Source: Amoebophrya sp. A120 (Eukaryota; Protista; Dinoflagellata). Taken from it: DNA of 64,000 bases. The stretch is taken from contig CAJINV010000005.1 of NCBI GenBank assembly GCA_905178155.1, positions 2,110,054-2,174,053 of the forward strand, in the 5' to 3' direction. Numbering within the stretch: position 1 is the first letter of the stretch; each line of letters starts with the position of its first letter. Shown one piece after another: positions 24,700 through 37,400 of this stretch. The notes under the pieces are model-generated. The model searched no databases. It saw only the letters and a list, made by a program, of their open reading frames with translations, and was not told the origin of the DNA. The translations under genes and the position numbers were made by a program.

Positions 24700-27516
24700 T
24701 GTTACGACAGCGCCAGCGTTTCCTATAAAGATGCATGTAACACACTTAGACTAGCGCCTTTTGTCCCGGCCTGGCCGACTATTCCACGCGCCCACATCAC
24801 TCTTGCGCGCCGACCTCTTATTTGTATCTCCTCTCGTCTTCTCTCTCGAAGATTGTCTGACCCTCTGCATCCGTGCGCACACTTCCACTCTGGCCGACTC
24901 TTCCGCACGGGGGCAAAACGCGCGTTTCCGCGGGAGCGCATTTTATCGGAGAACATGCCTCCCTAGACGGCAAGGCTGATCGCGGGGCGCGCGCTCTTTG
25001 GGCCCCGAACGTGTGAAGCTGCACTCCGCGAAAATGACATCCACACGCATGCCCCCTGTCTTGAAACGCCGCAGGCTGTGCACTAGGATGCCCCCCTCCC
25101 ATCGCGCGGGGTCGACCCGGCTACCCGCCTCCCCTGCGAAAGTCTGCCCCTGGTCGCTTGGCGAACTTGACGGCATTGCCAAGGCTCATGCGTACCATTG
25201 GGCCGCTGTATAACCAGCGCCGGCTCGCGCGGGAAGAACCGACGCCGGGCCCCGCTGCGAAGTGATGACGGGGCGCGTGGCTATGGTTTTGCGCACCCAC
25301 TTCATCGCCAAAGGCGGCCCAGAGCCGTCCGGGCAAGAGTGGGGAGGGGTCAGAATTCGCGCGGTGGGTCTATGTGCACCATGCGGGCCCGGTACGCCGA
25401 TCCAGGCCGATGTAAGTTCAGGAAAGGGATCTACCCTGGGGCACACGCCCCTTCTTGATCGACGGAACCCAATTCCTACCCTATGAGATAAGATGACCCA
25501 CCTCCAGGAGGGTTGGATCACTTTTTTTCTCGATTTTAGTAAATTGCACAGGATGTGAGTGCGACAATCATTCCTCATTTAGCAGCTAAAGAGAGCAGAA
25601 GAAGCCGCATCGTAACACTTTTGCCACGCGTTTCTTGTCGCATTTTCAAGGCGATTTTCAATGTCAAAGATTTCCAAAATTTTTGAAAATTTTTAAAATT
25701 GCAAAAATCATCCAAATAGGCTGAGTTGGTTGCCACGATTTAACAAAGATGCTATGTGATGACACAATATTTGACTTTTTTGAAAGTTGCATTTCTTTTG
25801 CGTAAGGACTGGCGGCGTATGTATTTTTTCCATTTTTTTATGATGGTCAATCTGTCAGAAAAATCCAGCGCGTGATAGGATTTCTCGTATCAAACACATT
25901 CAAATTTTACAGATAATTTATATTTTGCATCTTTGTTTTTGTTTACCGCGCAACTACTTCCCATTTAAATTTTTCCAGATTTTTCGAAAATTTTTAATTT
26001 TTTTAAAATTTTGAAAAAAAATAGATAAAGTGCATAGAATTACCCTCGGAATATCGCACGGAAATGCCATATCAGTGACGCGCATGCTATAGCTGGCCTC
26101 CTGTGTTGTATGCCTAGGGTTTTATCCAGCTTGGGATTTTTTTAAATTTTTTCATATTTTTCATCACTCCTGCCAATCTGCCTCCGTTTTCAAAGTACAA
26201 GAAGGCCAATAATGCAAACGAAGCAGCCCGGCACTTATATGGACTACCTTTTGTCCGATTTCTGCACTCCTCAACAACGGTAGTGGTTTTCGTAAAGAAT
26301 CACTGTCCCAGGAAGATGATACAAACTGACATAAGAAAGTATATGTGGGCACTCAGATGAGTATACCAGTCCAATATCTTGCATCACGCGCCTTTTACTT
26401 GATCTGCGGACGCCGATTGGTGCCGTTGTGATGATTTATTGTCCTTCTTTGCAGAAAATGCAATGAAACCACCTCCGTCATCCAGGTGGGCAATGTTGGC
26501 CCAGTGCCAAGCGCCTCGCACGGCTTGACGCCCTTGTTAGGATGAGGCGCACTCCTTGCACCGGCGGGACGCGGTGCATCACCTGCAAGAACACCGCGCG
26601 AAAATCCCGAAAATGCGCCGCGGCCGCGGGCTAAGAGGACCCCGGCCCGCGCCTGCTTCGCCCGGCCCTTCCTTGCGCCGATCCCCGTTGGGGGTGGCAT
26701 CAGCGCGGCCCGCGCACGACTTGGCGCGCTCTGGCGCCCCTTCCCGGCGTTCGGTTTGCCCCCCCCTCCCCCCAGTCCCCGCCTGGCGGCGGGGGAATTT
26801 GGGGCGCGCGTAAAATGAAGCGCCCCGGCCGCCGCGCGCTGCCCCCCCCCCCCCCCCCCCAGCACCACCCCAAACCCCCGCCTCCCCCCGCGCCCCCGGA
26901 GATTGGGCGCCCCGGGCGATGCGCCGCGGGCTGGCCTTCCAGAAGAATGCAAAGCGCGGCCGCGCCGGTGCATCGCATAGGCCCGCGCGTGCGATTTCGG
27001 CCCGCGCAATTCCCGCCTAACCGCGCTAGGCCGCGGCGGCCTTCCTTGCTAGCACCCCCCCCCCCCCCCCGCGCCCTCCTTGCGGAGCCGGGGGCCCGAG
27101 CCCGGCAGGCGGCTTTCGGCGCCGGCCCGGGCTTGGGGCGCCTCGGCCGGAGGGGGAAATCGCATCACGCCCCGAAGCATTAGGCAAGCAAGAGGCGCGG
27201 CCTCTGTTTTTTTGGTTCGGGGCGCGAAGCTGGGGCACTCGGCCCGCCGCCTGTATTTTGCACCCTTTCCCTTAGGCGCGGCGCGGGGCTTGCCGGGCAG
27301 AGAAGGGCGGCCGACCGCGATATTTCGAGGGGGGGGGCCGCATGCGCCGGAACCAAGCCGCCGCCGGCCGCTACCGGGCCCGGCTTTTGCGCATGCAAAA
27401 TAATTCCGCAGCCCCTTCTGTCAGCTTCGGTTGGTGCACTCTGTGCGCGCTTGCTTCTAGGTTTGACCGGGAGGTCGCCTGTCTTCGATGTCTGCAGCAG
27501 CAAGAAACGAAAAACA
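24700..27516. promoter_or_regulatory. Divergent strand-switch region between two co-oriented gene blocks
   Basis: All traced genes to the left are minus, all to the right plus. AT-rich A/T-tract core 25660-26165 flanked by GC-rich segments. Regulatory role is inferred. Confidence 0.5.
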
Positions 27517-30500
27517 ATGACCGCCTCCGGACCTTTCGGGCCCGCGCGGCGCCCGTCCGGCGCTAGAGCAGCAGCGCGGCTAGTACCTGTACTCTTGCTC
27601 GCCGTGTTTATCCCCAAACCTGCCCGCTCGACGACCGCCTGGAATTCCACGCTGCAGGACCTGACAGATACCGATATACTGCACCAAAACCTGATAGCCT
27701 CCCTGGAAAAGGCGCGCGAGTGGGCACAGCTCGTCTATCGGAACCAGGACGAACTGCAGCGGCGCATCCGCGCCCGCATCGTCGCGGGGGACGACGCGGG
27801 CAGTTGCGGATTGGCGAACCAAACCGGAAGCCCAGCTACAGCAGGACCCAGCACTTCTCCCACCCAAGAACCGGTGCGGGTGCTCGGCGTCGTGGACGCG
27901 CCATTCACCATGCTCAACGAACAGACGGGCGAGTTCTACGGGTTCGTGCCGGATTTGCTCACGCTGATTTCCGAAGCCCTCGGCGTCCAGTTCCGCTTCG
28001 CGAACTTGCGAAAACGGAACGACACGTGGTACGACGGGGCGCGCACGGTTCCGGACCCGGAGGCACTGACCATCTCCAAAGATTACAGCTACGCCAACGT
28101 GATCACCCGCGTGCTCGCGGGGGAGGCAGACTGGACGTGGGCGCCGCACTGGCACACGCTCAGCCGGATGGGGGTGGGCATGAAGTGGGCGCAGCCGTAC
28201 CTCGACAAGGGAATGGGCATCGTCGTGCGCCTGGAGGAGCGCGAAAGGGAGTTACGAGCGCGCGGAGCAGCGGTTCGCAAAAGCCAGGCTTGGTCCGTCG
28301 GCGGAGTGGGCGACAGGCGCCGCGCTTTCCTTTCTTAGTAACTGCGTAGCACACCATCGAACGGCGCAGGCATAGTTCGCCCCGCGCGATTGCGTACTTG
28401 AGCGTTTATTTCTCGCACAATACCTCTCGCTTGCGTCTTAACAGCTTCCCCCCGCAACGAGTTCGGGCCTCCTTTCGTCTTTCGCTCCGAGCAAAGTCTT
28501 GAGCGGGGGCGTATCGGATGAAATTCGTGGCTTTCTGCATTGTGATGGGCCATCTGCAATTCGACGGTTCGTGTTGCCCGCACCTTGCGATTAGCCGCTT
28601 CGCCTTGCGAGTAGCCGGCTCGTGTTGCCCAGGCGCTACAGCTGGAGGACCTGCGCGCCTCCTGTGAAACGCATCGATGCGCCTGCGTGGGCCACCAGGT
28701 CTTGTGAGATTTAGTTGTTTCTAAAATAATCTACGCATAAAGTAGAAGTAGTAGCAGCAGTCATTGTCTCACTCTCGAGCAGTAGAACAGCAGTAGAGCT
28801 GGGCCGCCCAAGACCGACGCGCGACTGGGCCACAGCTAGGTTCGGCCCGAGGCTCCCCCGCGCCATTCCATATTCCGGCATTTTCGGTAATGCGGTGTTG
28901 TGGCTGATCCCGTTTTCGCCCCTGGTTTGGCTGTGCTTTCTCTTTCTGCTAATCCTGACCTCCACCTTGGTTCTGATTCTGGAGCAGCATGCGGCCAACG
29001 CCCGTGAATCCATGCAATCACTGCGAGCTTCCGCTAGTGAAGATCCCGGCACCGGCACGGAGGTCGTAACCGCGTTCTGCGGCGCCCGGACCCCAACGAC
29101 ATCCCGCGTGAATAGTACGAGGAGCAGCAAAAAGCGCGCCACGCGGACAACTGCGCTACTCCCCGAGGCGGTTCTTCCACCGCGGGCGAACAGGACGACC
29201 GCCGCATTACCCGACCGGCGGCTTCCGCCTGCTCCTCCCGAGGATTACCCAGACGAGCGCATTAGCGTGGACAGCGAAGATCTGCCCGTTTCGGAAGACA
29301 ACACGGCGGTCTCGTTTCCGCCGGCCGGCGTGCTGCAAGAAGAGCGCCCGGGCGTGCGCCAGCGGACGACCGGCGAAGAACGCGGCGCGAGTCATGCAGT
29401 AAACCGGGTTTTGTTTGCGGCCGCGGATGGTGTTTATGAACAGAGTTCTGACCTGCTTCGGCACCCCGGGCAGAACGCCACCAGGATAAGTAGTAGAGAA
29501 ACGGCGTACAGGCGAACGTCGGCGCAGGAAGGAAACATGGACCTCCTTCCGTACGGACAAGCTCATCCTCGCGCGACGTTTAGGAGAAGCGCGCACTATG
29601 GCAGCAAGAAGAAATCGCGCACGCGGTTTGAGGCCTTTGGCGAGCTGCTGTTCCAGTATTTCCCGCAGATATGTCTGGGTCTGGAAGAGTGCAAGTTTGT
29701 AACATGCTTGTGTCATGTGGCTCAGACTCTTAAGAACTCTGTGACGCAGGAGGAGGAAAACATCCTCTTGCCTGTCATGTGAAAACGAAGTTCTTTATGC
29801 GGAAAAGAGAGCACCTAGCACCTCAAAAACTTGTCATGCCTAGGTGCGTAATATAGCAGTGCGTCCATCATTTGCAGATATGCATCACAAATTTCCAGAC
29901 CCGGAAGTAATTGCATTTGATATCCAGGCCTCAACCGCGATCGTGCAGTCCAACTGGTTCGAGTCGGCGCACTCGGCCGGGTTATTAAGAGGAAAAATCC
30001 CCCCTCCCCATATCGAAGAGGTATGTTTCCGAAAATTTGTGTCGCCGATTTGAGACCACAAATCACGTCTGTCCTGCAAGAAGGCAACTCCACAAGCTCC
30101 GCAGCATTGTGCAGGCGGTTTGTGATGCTGATGGGCCTACAGCAAGGACGTTCCTCATGCTAGACGCCTAGGCCAAAGCCTCCCTCCTTAGGCTTCGGAG
30201 GGGCCTGCGTTTCTCTCCAGCAAGACCGATCAGATCTGTGTACGCAAATCCTGCATCAGACACTTCGTTTTGATATGGGGAGGGGGGATTTTTCCTTTTG
30301 ATACGGGTCCAAGGTGATTCAGATCGGGTTTGCCTTCGTCTCCTTGATTTTTGTTGCGGCTTACACGCTACGATATGTGACACAGAAATCAGCGGCATTT
30401 TTGTGTGCAGCGCACGGTCCTTGCAAATGAAAAATTTTGGGTCTGACCAATTTACTATTCCAGCAGAGTTGTACTACAAAAACGAATTTCGCGGTGCAGT

Positions 30501-33078
30501 GTCGTGTCTTAATTTGCGAACAAAGCGTCCCCCGCGGGGGGAGCACACAAGAGTGGATTGGAAAAAGCAGTCTCATCTGCGTGTCCTGCTTTGTGGTCGG
30601 TGCTCACACGATGCTTCGATGATATTTTATTGAAACTGCATACGCCGCGACGCTTTCCGCGATGCTGGCATTCCCGGAACCGCCGCCGACGGCCATCGGC
30701 GGGTATTACGATATTGCCGTTTCTGGAGGCAGCGTGTGCGTGTTGGAAAGCAGTGCGATATCCCATTGAAACTCGCACTATGATCTCCGTCATCTTGTTC
30801 CCGGATGAAGGTCATCGATTTGATGCCCTGTGAAGATAACTTGCAACACAAAAGAACACCTGGCGCCGGCGCCCACACGCAATAAACTTGGCTGTGGCCG
30901 CAACCTGGGAGGAAAATTAGATCGAGGTGAGGAGGTGTGGTTTCAATGGCACAAGTGTTTCTAGAAATATTCCGCTCCTTCCACCCGAATATTCGCGTAA
31001 CTGCGATGGCCACCTTGATGGAGGGTATTAGTAAGTACTTGTTTTGTGGTATCTTGCAGTTTTATTGTTCGGAACAATAGACCTCTGATTTCTATGGTCG
31101 GCACAACGACAGTATCGAACGTGGAGTGCTGACACAGGGTGATATTCTTCTCGTCCTCCTGCAGCTTCAGTGATCCGATGTGCATCACGTCGCAGGCTTT
31201 TGTCTTCAAGACCTTCTGCGCCGAACTAATTGTAAAACACAACATCTTCACTATCGAGGCGCCGCGCTGCTCCGGGCGGGGCGGTGTGGTGCGATTCTGT
31301 ATGACGACCCGATGGCCACGGCGCTCGCCCGCGACTCGTGCGACTTGAAGTTTCTGACGGACACGATCTTGGCGCCGCTCGGCTACGTCGCGGGCGTGTC
31401 GATGCAGTCCCCCTACCACTTGCTGGAGCCGGCCGTGAGCTATGTGATTTCAAAGTTCCGGCAAAACGGAACTCTAGACCGCCTGTACAACAAGTGGTTC
31501 AAGGAGATCGGAGTTGTCTGCGAGGATTCCTCCGAAGTGTACCACAAAACCAAGGACGACCTGCAGTATGCATTGCAAATGTAATATATAATGACGCTTG
31601 GGTCGGCCTCGGCGGGATGACTTGTGATGCGCGACCTTGAAGAAATTATAATGCCGAGTTTTGTTTTGTCGTCCTGCAGGGCAGTCGTGTGCAAAAGGAA
31701 CACAAATATAATAAACAATGCGCAATATTAGTGCGCACATTCATAAGGTGTTGTTCTCATGCTCGTCGTGATCTTATAGCGTGCAAGATTATAGAACCCA
31801 CTCTATAGTGCCGCGAGATGTTGACCACTCAGCATGATCGCCTGCTGCATCTTCTCAGACGACCACCCAGACATCATCAAATTGGCTCTGCATACCCCGG
31901 CGGACTTGTCGAATCTTGGCGGCCTGTTCGTGGTGTACCTCTTCTTCGTGTTTGCCGGCTTGGTGCTATCAAAAGGAAAAATCCCCCCTCCCCATATCAA
32001 AACGAAGTTTCTGATGCTGGATTTGCGTACGCAAATCAGATTTGTCTTGCTGGAGAGGACTGCAGGCCTATATCAAGCCTGATATCAGGTTTTGGCCTAG
32101 GCACTTAGCATGAAAACGTCCGCACTGTAGGCCCAACAGCATGACAAACCGGCTGCATAATTCCGCGGAGCCCGTCGAGTTGCCTTCTTGGCAACTTGTG
32201 GCCACACATCAGCAACGCGACTTGTGGCCAGACGCGACTTGTGGCCACACATCAGCAACGCAAATCTGCGAAAACGTTCCGCGTCAATATGGAGAAGAGG
32301 GGGTTTTCCTCGCGATAGGTGCTCGCTTGGACGGTGAACACCCAGCGGAAACTGGCAAGAATCGCGGACCAAGTCAGCCGGCATATCAAACGTAAAAGTG
32401 TCTGGGTCTGGAAGAATGCAACTTGTCATGCTAAATCTGAATGAGGCAAAAAAACTGTGTTGCGTGATTGCCACAAGTTGTGCACTTTTGACCTAATCGA
32501 GAGGCAGTTTCTCACGCAGGATAGGCATTGGAAAGGTTTTGCAGAATCTGTCATGCTATGTCCTACATACCAGACCTCATGGGTTATGGAAAACCTGCGT
32601 GACAAATCTGGCAATCTTCCAGACCCAGACACTTTTGCAATCCATACGGCAGGCGTCGTCGCCAAACCTGAAGAGCGTGGCCCGCGCCCTCGGCCGGCAG
32701 CTGGTGTCGCCCGCGCCCTCGAAACAACCGTCGGTCGAAGATCAAGAAGGTCCTGCCGGTACTGAAGATGCAGCGGCCGAGGACAACAGAATATTAAATC
32801 CGGATGCAGGTGTTGGACCACCGACAAGAAGCACTGATGTGCAGCAAAATGAAAATGCGAACGACACAAGAACAACCCTGGAGGAAGTTGTAACAAGAAC
32901 TCAAACTACTCCACCGCCCGAGCGCAGCGTGAGGATCACTAGCGCATCTACTCCTCAAGATCAACAACGCTCATCCGTTGTGGTGGACCATGGTGCGGCT
33001 TCAGAAAAAAACGGACGCGAAACGGAATGGCACCCAGCCGCCGGGGACGAAAAGTCACGACGTGAAACGTTGATGTAG
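27517..33078 (+). CDS. Ionotropic glutamate receptor-like (GLR/iGluR) ligand-gated channel
   Basis: Signal-like segment; S1 lobe (VVDAPFTM...FYGFVPDLLTLISEALG...QPYLDKGMGIVV); pre-M1/M1 LIPFSPLVW; M3 FVAAYTATLSAML; S2 end FRQNGTLDRLYNKWF..C; M4 LSNLGGLFVVYLFF. Confidence 0.85.
28253..28872. mobile_element. Long diverged introner-like intron
   Basis: TAC...CATA; removal plus 5 nt joins iGluR S1 to pre-M1 in frame. Confidence 0.5.
29657..29922. mobile_element. Introner family B
   Basis: Family B TIRs; TSD TCCAG. Confidence 0.9.
29983..30303. mobile_element. Introner family A
   Basis: Family A TIRs; TSD CGGGT. Confidence 0.95.
30369..30642. mobile_element. Fossil introner in iGluR M3
   Basis: TAC...CATA; restores AYT|ATLSAML. 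Confidence 0.6.
31967..32317. mobile_element. Introner family A with internal duplication
   Basis: Family A TIRs; TSD GGTGC. Confidence 0.95.
32384..32646. mobile_element. Introner family B
   Basis: Family B TIRs; TSD CGGCA. Confidence 0.95.
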
Positions 33079-34418
33079 CAGCGTGTCGGCGGGGAACTGG
33101 TAGGAGAAGTTGCACAGCTACAAGCTGTGCCTAGCAGAAGTCTTATGGATGGAGCGAGTGGAACCGCTCATCTTCAAGTCCCCGCCGTTATTTCCCGGGT
33201 TGTCTAGAAGTGCGTGAAATACTAAAAAGTTCTTGCAGTGGAGAGGAGGGCGGGTGGGCCAGTGGGTCGTAGCTCTGCTACCTACTTCTCCAACTTGTGG
33301 ACTAAGGTCGTGCTCGGAAAGTTGGATCATTAGCAGACCGTGATCGTTGCGGCTGAATGAGAGAGCCGTCCAGGACCAGATTAGGACGGGTCTAGACGAC
33401 CAAAAAAAGTGCTGGATGCGTTGTACTTGCGACAGCTGGTCCATTGCGCTCGATGATTTTGAATTCGTCTGGGGTTTGTCTTCGCAGAAGACAGTTTCAT
33501 CTTCGGTAGTATCACGTCACAAGGTGACCACGCCAAGAAGGGTTTTCTCGCGGCCCTTTGTAGGATTTTTTTCGAATGTGAATTCTGTGTCGCCTACTTC
33601 GAGCAGGGACAGTTCTTCCCCGTTTCCAGCATAAAGAGCTTCGTTACTGAAGAGTGCAGATTGGCACTTGTACTTCCTCTTCTAATATTTTATACGACAG
33701 GCAGAGGACAGAAAAGCAAGAAACTTCTCTCCTCTTCTTGTGTGGGATTCGTGTTCTGGCTGCCAGAAATAAAATAAGCACAACGATTTCGTGGTTTCCG
33801 TAGCTACTTACAATGAATAAGAGCGGTCGGCTCGTTTTCATACGGGTTTTGTCTGCAAGCAAACCTCTAGTCGTTCATCCCGTCGCTCTAATCGTGCCTA
33901 ATTGATACGTAATACCACATCGTTCTAGTCGTCCGAAGGCGGTAAAATAGATACGAGATGCCAGCGTTTTTTCTTCCAGTAGTTACTTGCGCTCAATTGT
34001 TTCTCGTTCTCTTTCGTGACCGTATGCTGTGATATTACAATGATATGTTTTTTCCTGCCGTAGCTGCCAGAAGTTCGTTATCGTTTAACAAAGAAATTGA
34101 GCACGTTTCGTTCCAAGTTTCTGTTATTAAATCGGATTTTCAGTTCCGAAAACCAAAACAACCAGGAATCCTATCCTATCGCTTGGAAAACAGCAAGCAA
34201 GCAACCCTTGATTTGCCACTTCACCTAGCTTAACTATTTGTTATTCGTTGTCAAATTTTCAGTCTCAGCAGGCGTATTAAGTCAACAGGCCTTTTGTTCT
34301 CGTACTAGTGCTTTCTGTGACTTGCTCCGCGGACAGCGACACCTACAACACCTCTGCAGGACAGTAGACCAGCAGGATTCATCTACAGATCCTGTTACGA
34401 CGCTCATCAGGTGTAACC

Positions 34419-37400
34419 ATGACCCACTTCCCGTCCACTCCAACGGGGTTCCTACTTGCTGGCACCTTCTTGGGTGCGTCCCAAACCCCGGGTACTGGCG
34501 CCGTGCTATTGCTGCGGGAGAAGAAATCCGCGACCTCGACGCAAAGCCGCGAAACCACCGCCGACGGGCCAGCTGTTCTTTCTACTGCGCGAGGAAACAA
34601 GCAGTCGCTTTTGCAGAAGAAACCAGTCGTGCGCGGCCCGCAGAAACTCCGCGATGTTGAAAACGACAGAAAATTCCAGGGGGACCAGACCTCTTTCGAC
34701 ACGACGACAGCGACGAAGAAAACAATAAATGACAAATTACTTCTGGATCGTCTCGTTGCGGCCGGCGCGATCCAAAACACCGCTGGCCTTTCTGCAGTAG
34801 AACATCAGACAAGGGAGCATGAAGATGATAAAACGGATCCTGCAAAAATCGCAGCGTTTTCCTCCTCGCCCCCGTCTCTTTTGCAAAAAGCGAGGAAGAT
34901 CACGAAAAAAGAAACGACCTCCGCCGGCGAAGCAGGTCACCAGACGGGGGAGCTGCACCAACCGTCGGATCTCGTCGACTACTGCCCCACGGAAAAGTAT
35001 GGAAGCGTCAGGATCGGAATAGTCAAAGTTGAAATGATTTGTGATGCATAAAATGCAGCCCACAAAGTGCCTGTCTTGCAGAGTAGGCAAGTGAGGCAGA
35101 TTGTAAGCCTGTTGAGGGGTGGAAACTGAGCTGCCAAAGTAGCATGGCAAAAGGCGTCTTCCTTACTCAAACAGCATGACAGACTGGATTTCGGTTCTAC
35201 GCAAATTTGTCATGCGCCACTTGGAAGCTGGGCTACAACCGGCATCCGTTTTATGCATCACAGATTATTTCAATTTCGCCGTGTCAATCCTGACACTCCC
35301 ATAAAAAGGACTGGAATTTCTACCGTCCGCAGGGACACTCGTTCTTGCCCGCGCAGAACGGCTGGGGCGTGGGGTACCGCATGTTCAACGATGAGCCCGG
35401 GGCGGATTCGTTTGGTATCGTGAGCAAATTCACCATTGACGTGGTGGGTGGGTACGTGGAAGCTTTGCAAATGGACGTGAGCCAAGTCGAGGACGGCATC
35501 AACGCCAATTTCTACACCACGAGCCCGGAGGACATTTTCCGGGACCCGGGGGAGTGGGAAGGGAAAATCAACGCGTGCGACAGCGGCGGAGCGCAGGAAC
35601 CCTGCATGGAACTGGACCTCGTCGAGTACTATAATTAGAGTGACTTACTTCTTCGCTTGTTTTTTGTCGTGGCACTATTTTTACACATGAAGGAATTATT
35701 AACCATGCCGCATCTACAACTTTGACTTTCACTCTCCATTCCACAAAATGAGGGGGATACATGAAGAAGCGGTCGAAGTCATTGTCATTTCGGTTTCTCA
35801 ACACAGAGAGGCTTCACTTCACTTCGCTTCTAATAGGGTTTGATTTATTTTCCGTTGTAGTAAGTCGTAGTCCTGATTAAGTAATTGATAAATACAGAAC
35901 CACCGGCGGATGCGGGTTTTGCGCCACCTGGCACGACCCGGACGGGAAGAACGGGGGTCCTTGCGACGGTATCAACTACAAATATGTCTGAGTCGGGACG
36001 AAAGTTGTCCTGCTGATACACGAATATTAAAAAGCCGATTTTAATAGTCGCAGCAAAGCCTGAGAAATTAATTTTTGCACGGCGCTGGAGTGCGCAATCC
36101 ACATGTTGAGAGATCGCGTTTGTACATGACAAAGAGGCCGCAGCAGACTGTTGTTGCATGCATATGCATTGCAGAGTTCTGGAGCTGCATATTGCAAGTT
36201 GCAATCTTCCAGACTCAGACACATTTGCCGTTGATAGACGGTGGGGGCTGGCGGTGCCAAAACGGATGGTCGCTGGAGCGGAAGCCGTTTGACGTCAAGA
36301 TGACAATCGACAACGACGGGTGCGGAAACTACTGGAAGGATGGGCAGGTGATCTTGGACAAAAAGGTGATGGACTGCACCGGCACGAAGAACATCGTGCA
36401 GACCCGTGGGATCCTGATCCGCAGCACGCAGTGGGCGGGGTGGACCTACATGGACCAGCACCCGGAATGGACGCCCCAGTGCCCAGGCACGAAGACGGGT
36501 GGCGGCCCGGCCAGCGGGACGGGCTTTTCGGTCGCCGGGGTGCGGTTCCGGGGGAAGTTGGTGCAGGGTGAGGAGCCGACCCGGTGTGCGGATCTGTGGG
36601 CGCCCGCGACCGCCGATGCGGGCGGCGCCGGAACCGGCACGAACGGCGCGGGAGGTACTGCAGGTTTGTATCCCAGGAGGAAAGCGTACCCATGCATGAT
36701 CTTCTACTTTTTACCCCTTAGAGCAGGCTGTGCCGGCGCCCTAGGAGGAGATCTACTGGTTCATCTGGGTGACAAAAAAGCCAGAAGCTCTATCTTCGAG
36801 GAGTCGCACTGTGCATAACAAGTTCTCGTGAAGATCGGTGCTATAATTTTTAGAACCGCAGCGCAATAATTCAGTTTCTGAAAGTATTAGTCCTGATCAT
36901 TGATTGGTGGGACATAGCGCATGACAGATCTCCTGCACTGCCCAAAGCTGCCTACGCCGTGCGAAGGTCTTTGATGAGGCGCAAAATCGGGTACTATGCA
37001 TGACGACGTCGCTTCGTGCAGGTGCAGTCGGATAGTATATGCATGATAGTTCCCTTCACACTAAGAGGTTTGTTCACCTCCAGTTGTAGTACTGAGTTTG
37101 AGGACTACATGGGTACGTTTTTCGACAGGATACAGGGCAGCAAACTTCTGTCACTGGTACAAACAACCTCGGTACAACGACTGGCGCAAACGGGCTCCTG
37201 CCGGGTGGACAACAAATTCCAAACCTCCAGACCGGGTCCGGGGGTGGGTTGCCCGTGCCGCAATATGGAGACGGTGCAGTCGCCGGTGAAACGTTCATGG
37301 GTTCCTCCACGACCCTATCAAAAGGAAAAATCCCCCCACTCCATATCGAAATGGAAATCTGTGATGTGGGATTTGTGTACACAAATCGGCTTTGTCTTGC

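Noticed and set aside
26380-26410. GCCTTTTAC, matching U5 snRNA loop 1
   Set aside because: The flanking stem is weak and there is no convincing Sm site; a covariance-model search would be needed.
26395-27650. Arg/Gly/Pro-rich ORFs in the switch region
   Set aside because: By-product of extreme GC content and C runs; no domain signal.
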